Source: a virus
Lineage: Duplodnaviria; Caudoviricetes
DNA: 54,055 nucleotides
IMG/VR virus record: IMGVR_UViG_3300020362_000006
Coordinates: 1-54,055 of that record
Direction: 5' to 3' (one strand)
Shown piece by piece: positions 39,133 to 47,399 of this stretch; position 1 is the first letter of the stretch; the number at the start of each line of letters is the position of its first letter. The translations under genes and the position numbers were made by a program. The notes below the pieces were generated by a model, which was not told the DNA's origin, did no database searches, and worked only from the letters and a program-made list of their open reading frames with translations.

Positions 39133-39525
39133 ATGACAACCAACAACACACACATAACCGAACTCTGTGACCAGCTTGTATCGGCAGTCCGGCAGGATAT
39201 CCGGCAGGAATTGACCGAAAAATTCCGGCAGGAATTCGGCACGGGTGTCGCTACTGGTATGCATGGCGAACCGTTAACAACCACGCGGCGGCGCGGCGAA
39301 CGGGGTGCGGACAAGCGGCCATTCCGTCCGAATTCATCACTTGCCAAGCTTTACCGGGTTTTGGCTAGTCGTAAGACTGGGGTGAATATCCAGACACTGG
39401 CGCGTGAAACCGGGCTGACGAAAAAGGCGGTTCACATGGCGGTTTATAAGCTTCGCAAACATGGCTATCAGATTGTGGTGAAGCGCGAAGGCTACCAGCG
39501 GCCTAAATATAAGCTTGCCAGCTAG
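39133..39525 (+). CDS. Winged helix-turn-helix DNA-binding protein
   Basis: NIQTLARETGLTKKAVHMAVYKLRKHGYQI. Confidence 0.75.
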   Translation: MTTNNTHITELCDQLVSAVRQDIRQELTEKFRQEFGTGVATGMHGEPLTTTRRRGERGADKRPFRPNSSLAKLYRVLASRKTGVNIQTLARETGLTKKAVHMAVYKLRKHGYQIVVKREGYQRPKYKLAS

Positions 39526-39545
39526 GGCAAAACGAACTAATAATG

Positions 39546-39573
39546 AACGGGCAGGGCAATCTTGCCCGTTTTT
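39546..39573 (+). terminator. Stem-loop, possible terminator or processing site
   Basis: AACGGGCAGG-GCAAT-CTTGCCCGTT then TTT. Confidence 0.5.
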
Positions 39574-39593
39574 CAATGAAGGGAACCAACGTT

Positions 39594-39836
39594 ATGAAAA
39601 GCACAATATCTATCGAAAAAGATAATTTCGACAGCGACGCAAAGCGGATGATTGTTTTAACCACAACTGAAGCGGCGTTAATCTTGCAGTCTATCGAAGC
39701 ATTGGAAACACAGGCGGCGGCGGTTAAATCTTTGTTGCGGTCATTGGGCTTCGACCACTACACCCATGCAACCGATAACCCGCGAACCATTGCGCGGCTT
39801 AACCTGACCGTAAAGGGCCAGTCTGATGCTAGTTAG
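39594..39836 (+). CDS. Early hypothetical protein
   Basis: SD AAGGGA, start MKSTISI. Confidence 0.65.
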   Translation: MKSTISIEKDNFDSDAKRMIVLTTTEAALILQSIEALETQAAAVKSLLRSLGFDHYTHATDNPRTIARLNLTVKGQSDAS

Positions 39837-39936
39837 TCACATCATCATGCTAGTGTTGCTGGCTTGGATTGTTATTGCTTGCTGGTGTTTGTTTGCGGCA
39901 TTGTGGAATTTAGCAAAGGAAGATATGCGGCAGTAA
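39826..39936 (+). CDS. 36-aa single-TM peptide
   Basis: MLVSHIIMLVLLAWIVIACWCLFAALWNLAKEDMRQ; last gene before terminator. Confidence 0.5.
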   Translation: MLVSHIIMLVLLAWIVIACWCLFAALWNLAKEDMRQ

Positions 39937-39984
39937 GTTTGCGAACCGTTGGGGGGAATCCTCCGGCCCTCTGATGGGAACCTT

Positions 39985-40020
39985 GGCCCCGCTTGGCTAG
40001 TCCGGCGGGGTTCTTTTTTT
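39985..40020 (+). terminator. Intrinsic terminator ending early region
   Basis: GGCCCCGCT/GGCGGGGTT stem then T7. Confidence 0.8.
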
Positions 40021-40400
40021 GTCCGGCATGTTTAATGCGGCTATGGGTTTGTAAAGCTTGCGGATATCCGGCTTTGGGTTTGTGGCGGTTTGTGTGTATT
40101 TCGTAGACCGAAAGGCCGCCCCCATGGTTACCAACTTGGCAAATTATAGACGCGCGGGTGTGCGGGTGCGAGCGTGTTTGCTGGTTTTGATATGTGTTCG
40201 CGGGGTTTGGGTGTGTGTTCGCGGGGTTGCCGTTTCGGCGAAGTGACTAAATGTAAATAAATTTGACCCGTGTGCGGGTGCGCGAGGGCCACCCCACCCC
40301 CCCGGCATTTGCTATGCAATCCCGACATCATTTTTATATTTTTTAGGTTATCGATATGGTTTATTTGCGAACCGTTAGGGAACCCCTACGAAACTTGAGG
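40021..40400. repeat. Non-coding strand-skewed repeat region, probable genome end/packaging or origin site
   Basis: G/T-rich + strand; GTGTGCGGGTGCG x2 (40158, 40270), TGTGTTCGCGGGG x2 (40193, 40214), C-run near 40292-40303, AT tract. Confidence 0.55.
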
Positions 40401-40401
40401 C

Positions 40402-40504
40402 AAAAAAAGACCCCACCGGGGAACCAGCGGGGTGGAGTTTGCGAACCTCTAGGGGGGAGTTTGGGTAGCCGGGGGGGATATAGGGTTTACCCCCGGCAGG
40501 CTTA
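40402..40504 (-). ncRNA. Candidate sRNA-2 (C-rich, anti-SD-like)
   Basis: Promoter at 40538-40510, 8-bp 5' hairpin, AAACUCC motifs, 10-bp terminator plus U7. Confidence 0.55.
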
Positions 40505-40509
40505 AAGCT

Positions 40510-40538
40510 ATTGTATAGTTCAGATTCAGTTTTGTCAA
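40510..40538 (-). promoter_or_regulatory. Leftward sigma70 promoter
   Basis: TTGACA-17-TACAAT on minus strand. Confidence 0.75.
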
Positions 40539-40577
40539 GAAAAATCGACAAACTTACCCAAAAAACCAACTAAACAG

Positions 40578-40606
40578 TTGACAACGGTTCGAAAACTCGC
40601 CATAAT
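40578..40606 (+). promoter_or_regulatory. Rightward sigma70 promoter of packaging module
   Basis: TTGACA-17-CATAAT, divergent from 40538 promoter. Confidence 0.7.
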
Positions 40607-40641
40607 AGAGGCATGTTGCCTAATTTTAAAGGATATATCCT

Positions 40642-40905
40642 GTGTTCGAATCTTGGATTCTTGTTTGTTTGTCTGCTGTGCCTAATATGTGCACAGAAAT
40701 TCGTGACACATTAGGCCCATATCCCACAGAAGAAGAATGTTCAGTTCGAAATGACGAAATGGCACAATATGCCTTCTCAAATCAGCTATTCGAAGTGACA
40801 ATACGCAGTCGTTGTAAGGTAATTGACGATGAATCTACTACCCCAGACCCAGAAAAAGAAGGAACTGACAGCCCAACAGGAACAGTTCTTGGAACTTCTA
40901 CTTGA
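40642..40905 (+). CDS. Small Cys-containing protein
   Basis: GTG start, SD AAAGGA; WILVC..C..GPYPTEEEC..RC. Confidence 0.65.
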   Translation: MFESWILVCLSAVPNMCTEIRDTLGPYPTEEECSVRNDEMAQYAFSNQLFEVTIRSRCKVIDDESTTPDPEKEGTDSPTGTVLGTST

Positions 40906-41230
40906 AAATGGGGGCAATGTTCGCCAAGCGGCAGAACTTGCCGGATATGCGTCCGGTTCAGTAGCTTGGTTAAAAGAACGTCTAGCTGACGAAATCGTGG
41001 AACGCACCAAAACCATGCTTGCCAGCCAATCTTTGCAAGCCGCGAACAAGTTAGCGAATCTCGTGACTGCCGTAGACATCGAACGAGGTGATGATTTGCG
41101 TTTACGGGCAGCAGAATCTATCTTGAACCGTGTTGGTATAGCCAAACAAGAAACAATGAATCACAATGTACAGGCAATTCACGGCGTAGTCCTATTGCCA
41201 CCAAAGAAAGAAACAATCATAGAAGGGTAG
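40829..41230 (+). CDS. terS: Terminase small subunit (probable)
   Basis: LTAQQEQFL..NVRQAAELAGY HTH, AAESILNRVG, VVLLPPK; upstream of TerL. Confidence 0.7.
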   Translation: MNLLPQTQKKKELTAQQEQFLELLLENGGNVRQAAELAGYASGSVAWLKERLADEIVERTKTMLASQSLQAANKLANLVTAVDIERGDDLRLRAAESILNRVGIAKQETMNHNVQAIHGVVLLPPKKETIIEG

Positions 41231-41238
41231 GATTAGTC

Positions 41239-41403
41239 ATGGAATACGCTGACTTGTACAAAGAGGCAATGGAAGCTTATAAAAATCCAGAAACCCGTTT
41301 GTCTAGCAATATAAAGGTGCATAGAGATAGATATATTATGCGTCATAAGGCTAAAGGACGTAAAGCTGAAGCTTCAGCGGAAACAGAGAAGGAAGGAAAC
41401 TAG
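41239..41403 (+). CDS. 54-aa peptide
   Basis: SD AGGA; fills gap between TerS and next ORF. Confidence 0.45.
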   Translation: MEYADLYKEAMEAYKNPETRLSSNIKVHRDRYIMRHKAKGRKAEASAETEKEGN

Positions 41404-41406
41404 CTG

Positions 41407-41676
41407 ATGGAAATGGCCCGTAACGTAATTCGTTCACGAATTCAAGGTATGAGCGATTCCGAATACAACGCATATGTTCGTGATTTGGTTCGCACAGCAA
41501 AGAATGACGCTGAAGCTGCTCAAATAAAAACCATGTACGACAATATGAGAGCAGCCGGAGAATCAGCCCCTTCTACTACGGTTCGCAAAAAGGCTCGTGG
41601 TGGTAAAGCTAAAGGCTACAAGTACGGCGGCAAAGCCTGTTCGCCGCGTGGTCGCAAAGCAATCTATAAGGTATAG
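41407..41676 (+). CDS. Small protein with basic GG tail
   Basis: KKARGGKAKGYKYGGK. Confidence 0.65.
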   Translation: MEMARNVIRSRIQGMSDSEYNAYVRDLVRTAKNDAEAAQIKTMYDNMRAAGESAPSTTVRKKARGGKAKGYKYGGKACSPRGRKAIYKV

Positions 41677-41679
41677 AGC

Positions 41680-43401
41680 GTGGCTCCTCGCAAACGTGTC
41701 CTAGTCCCCCGCAACCCAGAGGACTTAGGTAAAGTCGGTAGACCAAAGAAACGTCCCGGCGAATCTAAGACTGAATATAAGCTTTCGCCCCGCGAACGGG
41801 CGAGGCGTTCCGTACAGATGCGTTTGCGAAATGCAAAGAAGCAACAGCAAAAAGAAGAAGTCAAAGTTGTTCGCAAAAGAAAAAAGGTCAAAGACCTAAC
41901 TGCTGCTGCACAAAACATAGAGAATGCCCTGAAAGGTGACAAAACACGTGTTGTTGACGAAGGGGACTTAGATAAACTACCTCCTGCAGTTTCGGAACTC
42001 GTAGACGATGCACCTGTTATATTCAAACCAAATGAGGGACCACAAGAAGAGTTCCTGTCCGCTAGTGAACAAGATGTCCTTTATGGGGGAGCGGCTGGCG
42101 GTGGCAAGTCGTTTGCTTTACTTGCTGACCCCTTACGCTATTGCCATAATCCCAATCATAGAGGTTTGCTCTTACGTCGTACACTCGACGAACTAACCGA
42201 ACTGATTGACAAGTCCAAACAGCTTTACCCCAAGGCATTTCCCGGTGCACACTTCCGTGAATCAAAATCAACTTGGGTCTTTCCATCTGGTGCAACCATG
42301 TGGTTCACCTATCTCGACAGAGATAAAGATGTAACCCGTTTCCAAGGTCAGGCTTTTAACTGGATTGGTGTAGACGAAATAACCCAATATCCCAGCAGTT
42401 ATGTCTGGGACTACCTTCGTTCCCGTCTTCGTTCTACTGACCCTGAACTACAACAGAATCTAAACATGCGCTGCACAGCCAACCCCGGTGGTGTCGGCGG
42501 CTGGTGGGTCAAGAAGATGTACATTGACCGCCACGAAGAAAACAAACCGTTTCCAGCGTACGACCCAGAGACTGGTCGTGCGTTTGTCTGGCCTGAGAAT
42601 CATCCAAAAGCAGGTCAGCCGTTGTTCTACCGCAAGTTTGTTCCAGCACGGCTGACTGACAATCCCTACCTCATGGCAGATGGTCAATACGAGGCCATGT
42701 TGAGGTCGCTCCCCGAAGTCGAGCGTAGACGGCTTCTAGAAGGTGATTGGGATGTGGCAGAGGGAGCGGCCTTCCCAGAATTTTCAAGGATACGTCACGT
42801 TGTCGAACCTTTCGATTTACCTACCAATTGGCCTCGCATTAGAGCAGCGGACTACGGGTACTCTAGCCCGTCCTGTGTGCTATGGGGTGCTATTGATTGG
42901 GATAATAATATTTGGGTTTATCGTGAACTTTACGTAAAACACTTGACAGCAGAGCAACTAGCTGATAAAATATTAGAAGCAGAAGAGTTAGACCCACTTC
43001 CACATTACACAGTTCTAGACTCTTCTTGCTGGAATAAGACAGGCTTTGGCCCTTCCATAGCGGAGACTATGATGAGGGCTGGCGTTAGGTGGACTCCCTC
43101 AGACCGCAACCGTCTCCAAGGTAAAATGGAAATTCACAGGCGGCTTGCTGACGACCCCTACTCTAACGAACCTCGTCTTAGAATATTCTCCAACTGTAAG
43201 CATATTACTGCACAGCTATCGGGCATACCTCTCTCCAAAACCAATAGTGAAGATGTAGACACAAAGGCAGAGGACCATGCCTACGATGCGTTGCGGTATA
43301 TGGTTATGACACGAACCTCTGGTTACCAGTCAATACACAAAACCCTTCAAGGGATAAAAGAACAAGCATTCCAACCTTTCGATAATACCTTCGGATACTG
43401 A
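41680..43401 (+). CDS. terL: Terminase large subunit
   Basis: Walker A YGGAAGGGKS, Walker B IGVDE, TANPGG, nuclease DYG, DHAYDALRY. Confidence 0.95.
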   Translation: MAPRKRVLVPRNPEDLGKVGRPKKRPGESKTEYKLSPRERARRSVQMRLRNAKKQQQKEEVKVVRKRKKVKDLTAAAQNIENALKGDKTRVVDEGDLDKLPPAVSELVDDAPVIFKPNEGPQEEFLSASEQDVLYGGAAGGGKSFALLADPLRYCHNPNHRGLLLRRTLDELTELIDKSKQLYPKAFPGAHFRESKSTWVFPSGATMWFTYLDRDKDVTRFQGQAFNWIGVDEITQYPSSYVWDYLRSRLRSTDPELQQNLNMRCTANPGGVGGWWVKKMYIDRHEENKPFPAYDPETGRAFVWPENHPKAGQPLFYRKFVPARLTDNPYLMADGQYEAMLRSLPEVERRRLLEGDWDVAEGAAFPEFSRIRHVVEPFDLPTNWPRIRAADYGYSSPSCVLWGAIDWDNNIWVYRELYVKHLTAEQLADKILEAEELDPLPHYTVLDSSCWNKTGFGPSIAETMMRAGVRWTPSDRNRLQGKMEIHRRLADDPYSNEPRLRIFSNCKHITAQLSGIPLSKTNSEDVDTKAEDHAYDALRYMVMTRTSGYQSIHKTLQGIKEQAFQPFDNTFGY

Positions 43402-45017
43402 TGGCAGACTTAGACCCTAAAACCGCAACTCTTCGTGAGGTTGCAGAAGCATACGCCGATAAGTCAGGACGTGGCAAGACATTTATGGGGCCAGCCCTTC
43501 AGTATTTTCGCAACATAGCTGATGAACCCGGTTCTGCTATTCGCCTGTTCGAAAAGGATGCAGAAGGAAACACCCTTCTTTCAAAAACATTTAAGGGTAC
43601 TGAAGATACGTCTACAGTCAAGACGGCGATGCAAAATCTTCGCCAAGTCGGGCTTACTCTTAAAGAGATGGTTGGTCCCGACACTCCTGAATACAAGCTT
43701 CTTCCAGACAAAGCCCCAAACACAGATTTAAACAATCGTATCTTTGGACGTAGTGAACCAGCTAAAGCTGTATCTGTTGTAGCTATCAATCCTGATAAAG
43801 CTAAGATGAGCGAACTGTTCGCAGGTGTTTCAAAGTATCTTGATGACCCCAAGACACGTCCTATAGCCCAAGCAATTATATTTAATCTTAACACTGGTCT
43901 TCGTCCTAATGCTGCTGCTGGTCTTCAGGTAAACGCCTATAAGCCAGACAGTGGTGCCATTTATATTGAGGCAGAAACCAAAGGTGCCAAAGGTCGCGCC
44001 GTAAACATTCCCTTGAATCCTATTGCAGACAGCATATTACAGGAAAATTTAGCTGCTGGCAACAAGGAAAACTTCTTTGTAAAGCCTAACGGTAAGGTCG
44101 TTACATCTAACGATATGACAGACCTTCTAAAAGATGTTAAGGTAAAGGACATTGCCTTTGATGCAGCCACAGGTAAATACTTTGATAGCCTAGCACCTGC
44201 AGGTTTTTCTGGTAAGAAGGGTTCGGCTCTTCTTCGTAACATCCACGCTACCGTAGGACAATCGATTGGTATTGACCAAGACCGTCTAGCTTATTTGCAA
44301 GGACGTAGCTTAAAGTCTGCTGGTAAAAGCAGCACAGGTGAACTGACAACCTATCAACAAGCATTTCCGGGTGCTGTAGGTGAAGTTGACCGTCAAAATG
44401 CAAACATGTTCGCTCAATTCTGGGGTGATGCTGCTCAAGAAGCAGGGTTTGATATCCAAACCAAAATACCTATGCCCGAAACCCGCATCACAACCCAGAC
44501 TGCAGGTTACGAAGGGTACTTTGACCTTCCGGTTCGCGAAGAAGTACCCGCTGCCTCTCAACCTACAACAGCCCCCGCTTCTGTAGACGAAGCATATCCG
44601 GGGATGGCAGAGAAGGCTGCAGCCAAGGGGGTTGACCTTGATAAATTATTAAATGGTATAGCAGATAGACTACCGGGGCCAGTTAAAAAAGCATTTGGTC
44701 CTTTAATGATAGGAGCTACTACAGCAGCGGCTGTTGCAACTCAAACAAAAGTCAGTGATGCTGCAGAACAAGTAGGTGTTCCTAAACCGTTGGCAGAGGC
44801 TGCAGGAACTGTAGCAGGAGCTAGTGAGTTTGCTCCTGTCACGTATAGTGACGTAGAAGCTATGGCTAAAGGCCGCCAAGACCCAGACGTATTTGGAGTA
44901 ACACCTGCATCTCGTATAGCTGCAGAAGAAGAAATGAATCCCGGCTCTACCGGATTCGTAGAACAGGGGGTTCCTGAAGCCGCCCCTGCTGAACAACAAG
45001 GCTTTTTATCTAGATAA
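43401..45017 (+). CDS. Tyrosine-recombinase-fold protein with long C-terminal extension
   Basis: NLNTGLRP (R), TKGAKGR.V.IPL (K), LLRNIHAT, YLQGR, TTY. Confidence 0.65.
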   Translation: MADLDPKTATLREVAEAYADKSGRGKTFMGPALQYFRNIADEPGSAIRLFEKDAEGNTLLSKTFKGTEDTSTVKTAMQNLRQVGLTLKEMVGPDTPEYKLLPDKAPNTDLNNRIFGRSEPAKAVSVVAINPDKAKMSELFAGVSKYLDDPKTRPIAQAIIFNLNTGLRPNAAAGLQVNAYKPDSGAIYIEAETKGAKGRAVNIPLNPIADSILQENLAAGNKENFFVKPNGKVVTSNDMTDLLKDVKVKDIAFDAATGKYFDSLAPAGFSGKKGSALLRNIHATVGQSIGIDQDRLAYLQGRSLKSAGKSSTGELTTYQQAFPGAVGEVDRQNANMFAQFWGDAAQEAGFDIQTKIPMPETRITTQTAGYEGYFDLPVREEVPAASQPTTAPASVDEAYPGMAEKAAAKGVDLDKLLNGIADRLPGPVKKAFGPLMIGATTAAAVATQTKVSDAAEQVGVPKPLAEAAGTVAGASEFAPVTYSDVEAMAKGRQDPDVFGVTPASRIAAEEEMNPGSTGFVEQGVPEAAPAEQQGFLSR

Positions 45018-45028
45018 GGAGACGGACC

Positions 45029-45235
45029 ATGAAGGATATGGGCACCGCTTACATTATGAACTCTGACAAAACTTCTGTCGATGACCAAGGTGGCGCAGCA
45101 AAGCTGTACCGTGAAGGTCTTGAGTTCGATACAATGGCAAAGCAGGGCGTTCTGACTGAAGACATGCCGAAGAAGATGACTAAAAAGGCAGTTGACCCTT
45201 CAGTAATGAAAATGGCTGAAGAACGCGACTACTAA
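45029..45235 (+). CDS. Small hypothetical protein
   Basis: SD AAGGAG, 68 aa. Confidence 0.7.
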   Translation: MKDMGTAYIMNSDKTSVDDQGGAAKLYREGLEFDTMAKQGVLTEDMPKKMTKKAVDPSVMKMAEERDY

Positions 45236-45241
45236 AATCAG

Positions 45242-47365
45242 ATGTCAGAAGATAATTTTCTCCAACCCGCAGACGACACCGCAGTAGCTGTTCAGTCACC
45301 TGAAGAGCAGATGCCGGGTCTTGCGGCGTATGTGCAATCGAAGTTCGAAGATGCTGAGAACGGGCGTTACGCTCACGAACAGCGTTGGCTCCAAGCCTAC
45401 AAGAACTTTCGGGGCATCTACGATTCGACCACACAATACCGCGATTCAGAACGGTCAAAGGTATTTGTTCGCATAACCAAAACTAAGGTTCTTGCGGCAT
45501 TCGGTCAAATCATAGACATCCTGTTCGCAAACAAGAAGTTCCCAATTGTTGTCGAACCAACTCCGATACCTGAAGGTATTGCAGAGTTCGCACATATGCA
45601 AACGCCACTTGACCAGATGCAAGAAGACCCATATGGGTTTGCAGGTGATGGACGCGAATTGGCACCCGGAGCTTTACAGGCCAAGCCAAGTGGGCATTTT
45701 CTTGGCGGTTTGAAAAAGGAAATGGGGGACTTGCCCCTTGCACCCGGACCAGCAAAGATGGGCGAACCACAAATTAGCCCTGCTCAAAAAGCTGCTTTGC
45801 GTATGGAGAAGACTATCCACGACCAGCTTACGGACACGAATGCAGTCAATGTGATGCGTAACTCAGTGTTCGAATCTTGCCTTTTAGGTACTGGAGTTGT
45901 AAAAGGACCATTTAATTTTTACAAGCGTGTCCATAAATGGGAGCGTGATGAAGATGGTAACCGTAGTTACAGCCCTTTTGAAAAGACCGTTCCACGGATT
46001 GAGATGGTATCTCTTTGGGATTTTCATCCTGACCCATCAGCTACTAGCATAGATGACTGTGAATATGTTATTCAGCGTCACCGCATGAATCGTCAACAGC
46101 TTCGTTCACTTATCAAGCGTCCGTACTTTGATGCAATGGCTATTGAAGAATGTCTTGCCAAAGGTCCAAACTACGAAGATAAATACTACGAAGACACCAT
46201 TCGTGAGGACGAAACTGAGCCATACTACCAAGGCAACCGCTACGAAGTTTTAGAGTATTGGGGTGTTCTTGATTCCAAAATGGCTCAAGAGGCTGGACTA
46301 CCGGAAGCTGACGAAATGTCAGAGTTCGACGAACTGCAAGTAAACGTGTGGGTTTGCGGCACCATGGTTATTCGTTGTGTGCTAAATCCCTTTGTGCCAG
46401 CCCGTATTCCATTCCAAGTATTTCCATACGAAGTCAACCCATACCAGCTTTGGGGCGTTGGCGTAGCAGAAAACATGGAAGATGCCCAGAAGCTAATGAA
46501 CGGTCACGTTCGTATGGCAATCGACAACCTTGCTCTTGCAGGTAACTTGGTGTTCGATGTTGACGAAGCAAGCTTGGTTCCGGGCCAAAACATGGACATC
46601 TTCCCCGGTAAGATATTCCGTCGTCAGTCGGGAGTCACAGGCACAGCTATCAATGGCCTAAAGTTCCCAAACACGGCTGGCGAAAACATACAGATGTATG
46701 AGATTAGTCGCCGCCTAGCTGACGAAGAAACAGGCATTCCGTCAATCATGCACGGGCAAACAGGCGTTAGTGGAACGGGACGAACCGCTGCAGGGTTGTC
46801 TATGCTGATGGGTTCAGCCGGATTGTCTATGAAGACGGTAATCAAGAATATCGACGACATGCTTTTGAAGCCTCTTGGTGAAGCTTACTTCCAATGGAAC
46901 ATGCAGTTCAACGAGGAATCAGAAGACATTGAAGGCGACCTTGAAATTAAACCACGCGGCGTTGCAGCCGTGATGCAAAAAGAGGTTCGCACACAGCGGT
47001 TAACATCTCTGTTGCAAACCGTGTCCAACCCTATGTTGGCACCCTTTATTAAGATACCCAACCTCATGCGTGAACTAGCTATCGCACAAGATATTGACCC
47101 TGATAGCCTAGTCAACGACCAGAACGAAGCCCAACTCTACGCACAAATGCTGAAAGGAATGATGGCAAATGTACAGCAAGGAGCAGGCGAAGCTGCTGGG
47201 GCCGCTGCTGGCGAAGCCCAAGATATGGCAGGGGCTGGAGGAGTATCTCCTTCTCCTGAAGGAACAGACGTACAGGGGTCTGGTAACGGCACAATCGGAG
47301 TCGGAACTGCGCCAACTGCAGGGGAAAGCGGCTTTACTGGAAACGCTCCTCAAGTTGAAGGATAG
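45242..47365 (+). CDS. Portal protein
   Basis: RSKVFVRITKTKV, GTGVVKGPF, DFHPDP, WGVGV, RTAAGLSML; position after TerL. Confidence 0.85.
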   Translation: MSEDNFLQPADDTAVAVQSPEEQMPGLAAYVQSKFEDAENGRYAHEQRWLQAYKNFRGIYDSTTQYRDSERSKVFVRITKTKVLAAFGQIIDILFANKKFPIVVEPTPIPEGIAEFAHMQTPLDQMQEDPYGFAGDGRELAPGALQAKPSGHFLGGLKKEMGDLPLAPGPAKMGEPQISPAQKAALRMEKTIHDQLTDTNAVNVMRNSVFESCLLGTGVVKGPFNFYKRVHKWERDEDGNRSYSPFEKTVPRIEMVSLWDFHPDPSATSIDDCEYVIQRHRMNRQQLRSLIKRPYFDAMAIEECLAKGPNYEDKYYEDTIREDETEPYYQGNRYEVLEYWGVLDSKMAQEAGLPEADEMSEFDELQVNVWVCGTMVIRCVLNPFVPARIPFQVFPYEVNPYQLWGVGVAENMEDAQKLMNGHVRMAIDNLALAGNLVFDVDEASLVPGQNMDIFPGKIFRRQSGVTGTAINGLKFPNTAGENIQMYEISRRLADEETGIPSIMHGQTGVSGTGRTAAGLSMLMGSAGLSMKTVIKNIDDMLLKPLGEAYFQWNMQFNEESEDIEGDLEIKPRGVAAVMQKEVRTQRLTSLLQTVSNPMLAPFIKIPNLMRELAIAQDIDPDSLVNDQNEAQLYAQMLKGMMANVQQGAGEAAGAAAGEAQDMAGAGGVSPSPEGTDVQGSGNGTIGVGTAPTAGESGFTGNAPQVEG

Positions 47366-47399
47366 CCACGCAGCTATTGTAAAGGAATCGAATGGTTGA
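47169..47399 (+). CDS. Small helical protein overprinted on portal C-terminus
   Basis: SD AAAGGA; ELRQLQGKA..LLKLK motif typical of post-portal podovirus genes; stop overlaps next start. Confidence 0.6.
   Translation: MYSKEQAKLLGPLLAKPKIWQGLEEYLLLLKEQTYRGLVTAQSESELRQLQGKAALLETLLKLKDSHAAIVKESNG

Noticed and set aside
39188-39233. TCCGGCAGGA three times
   Set aside because: Explained by RQD/RQE peptide repeats in the coding frame
40021-40460. CRISPR mini-array
   Set aside because: Repeats are only 10-13 bp, irregularly spaced; the Cas4-like nuclease sits in the replication module
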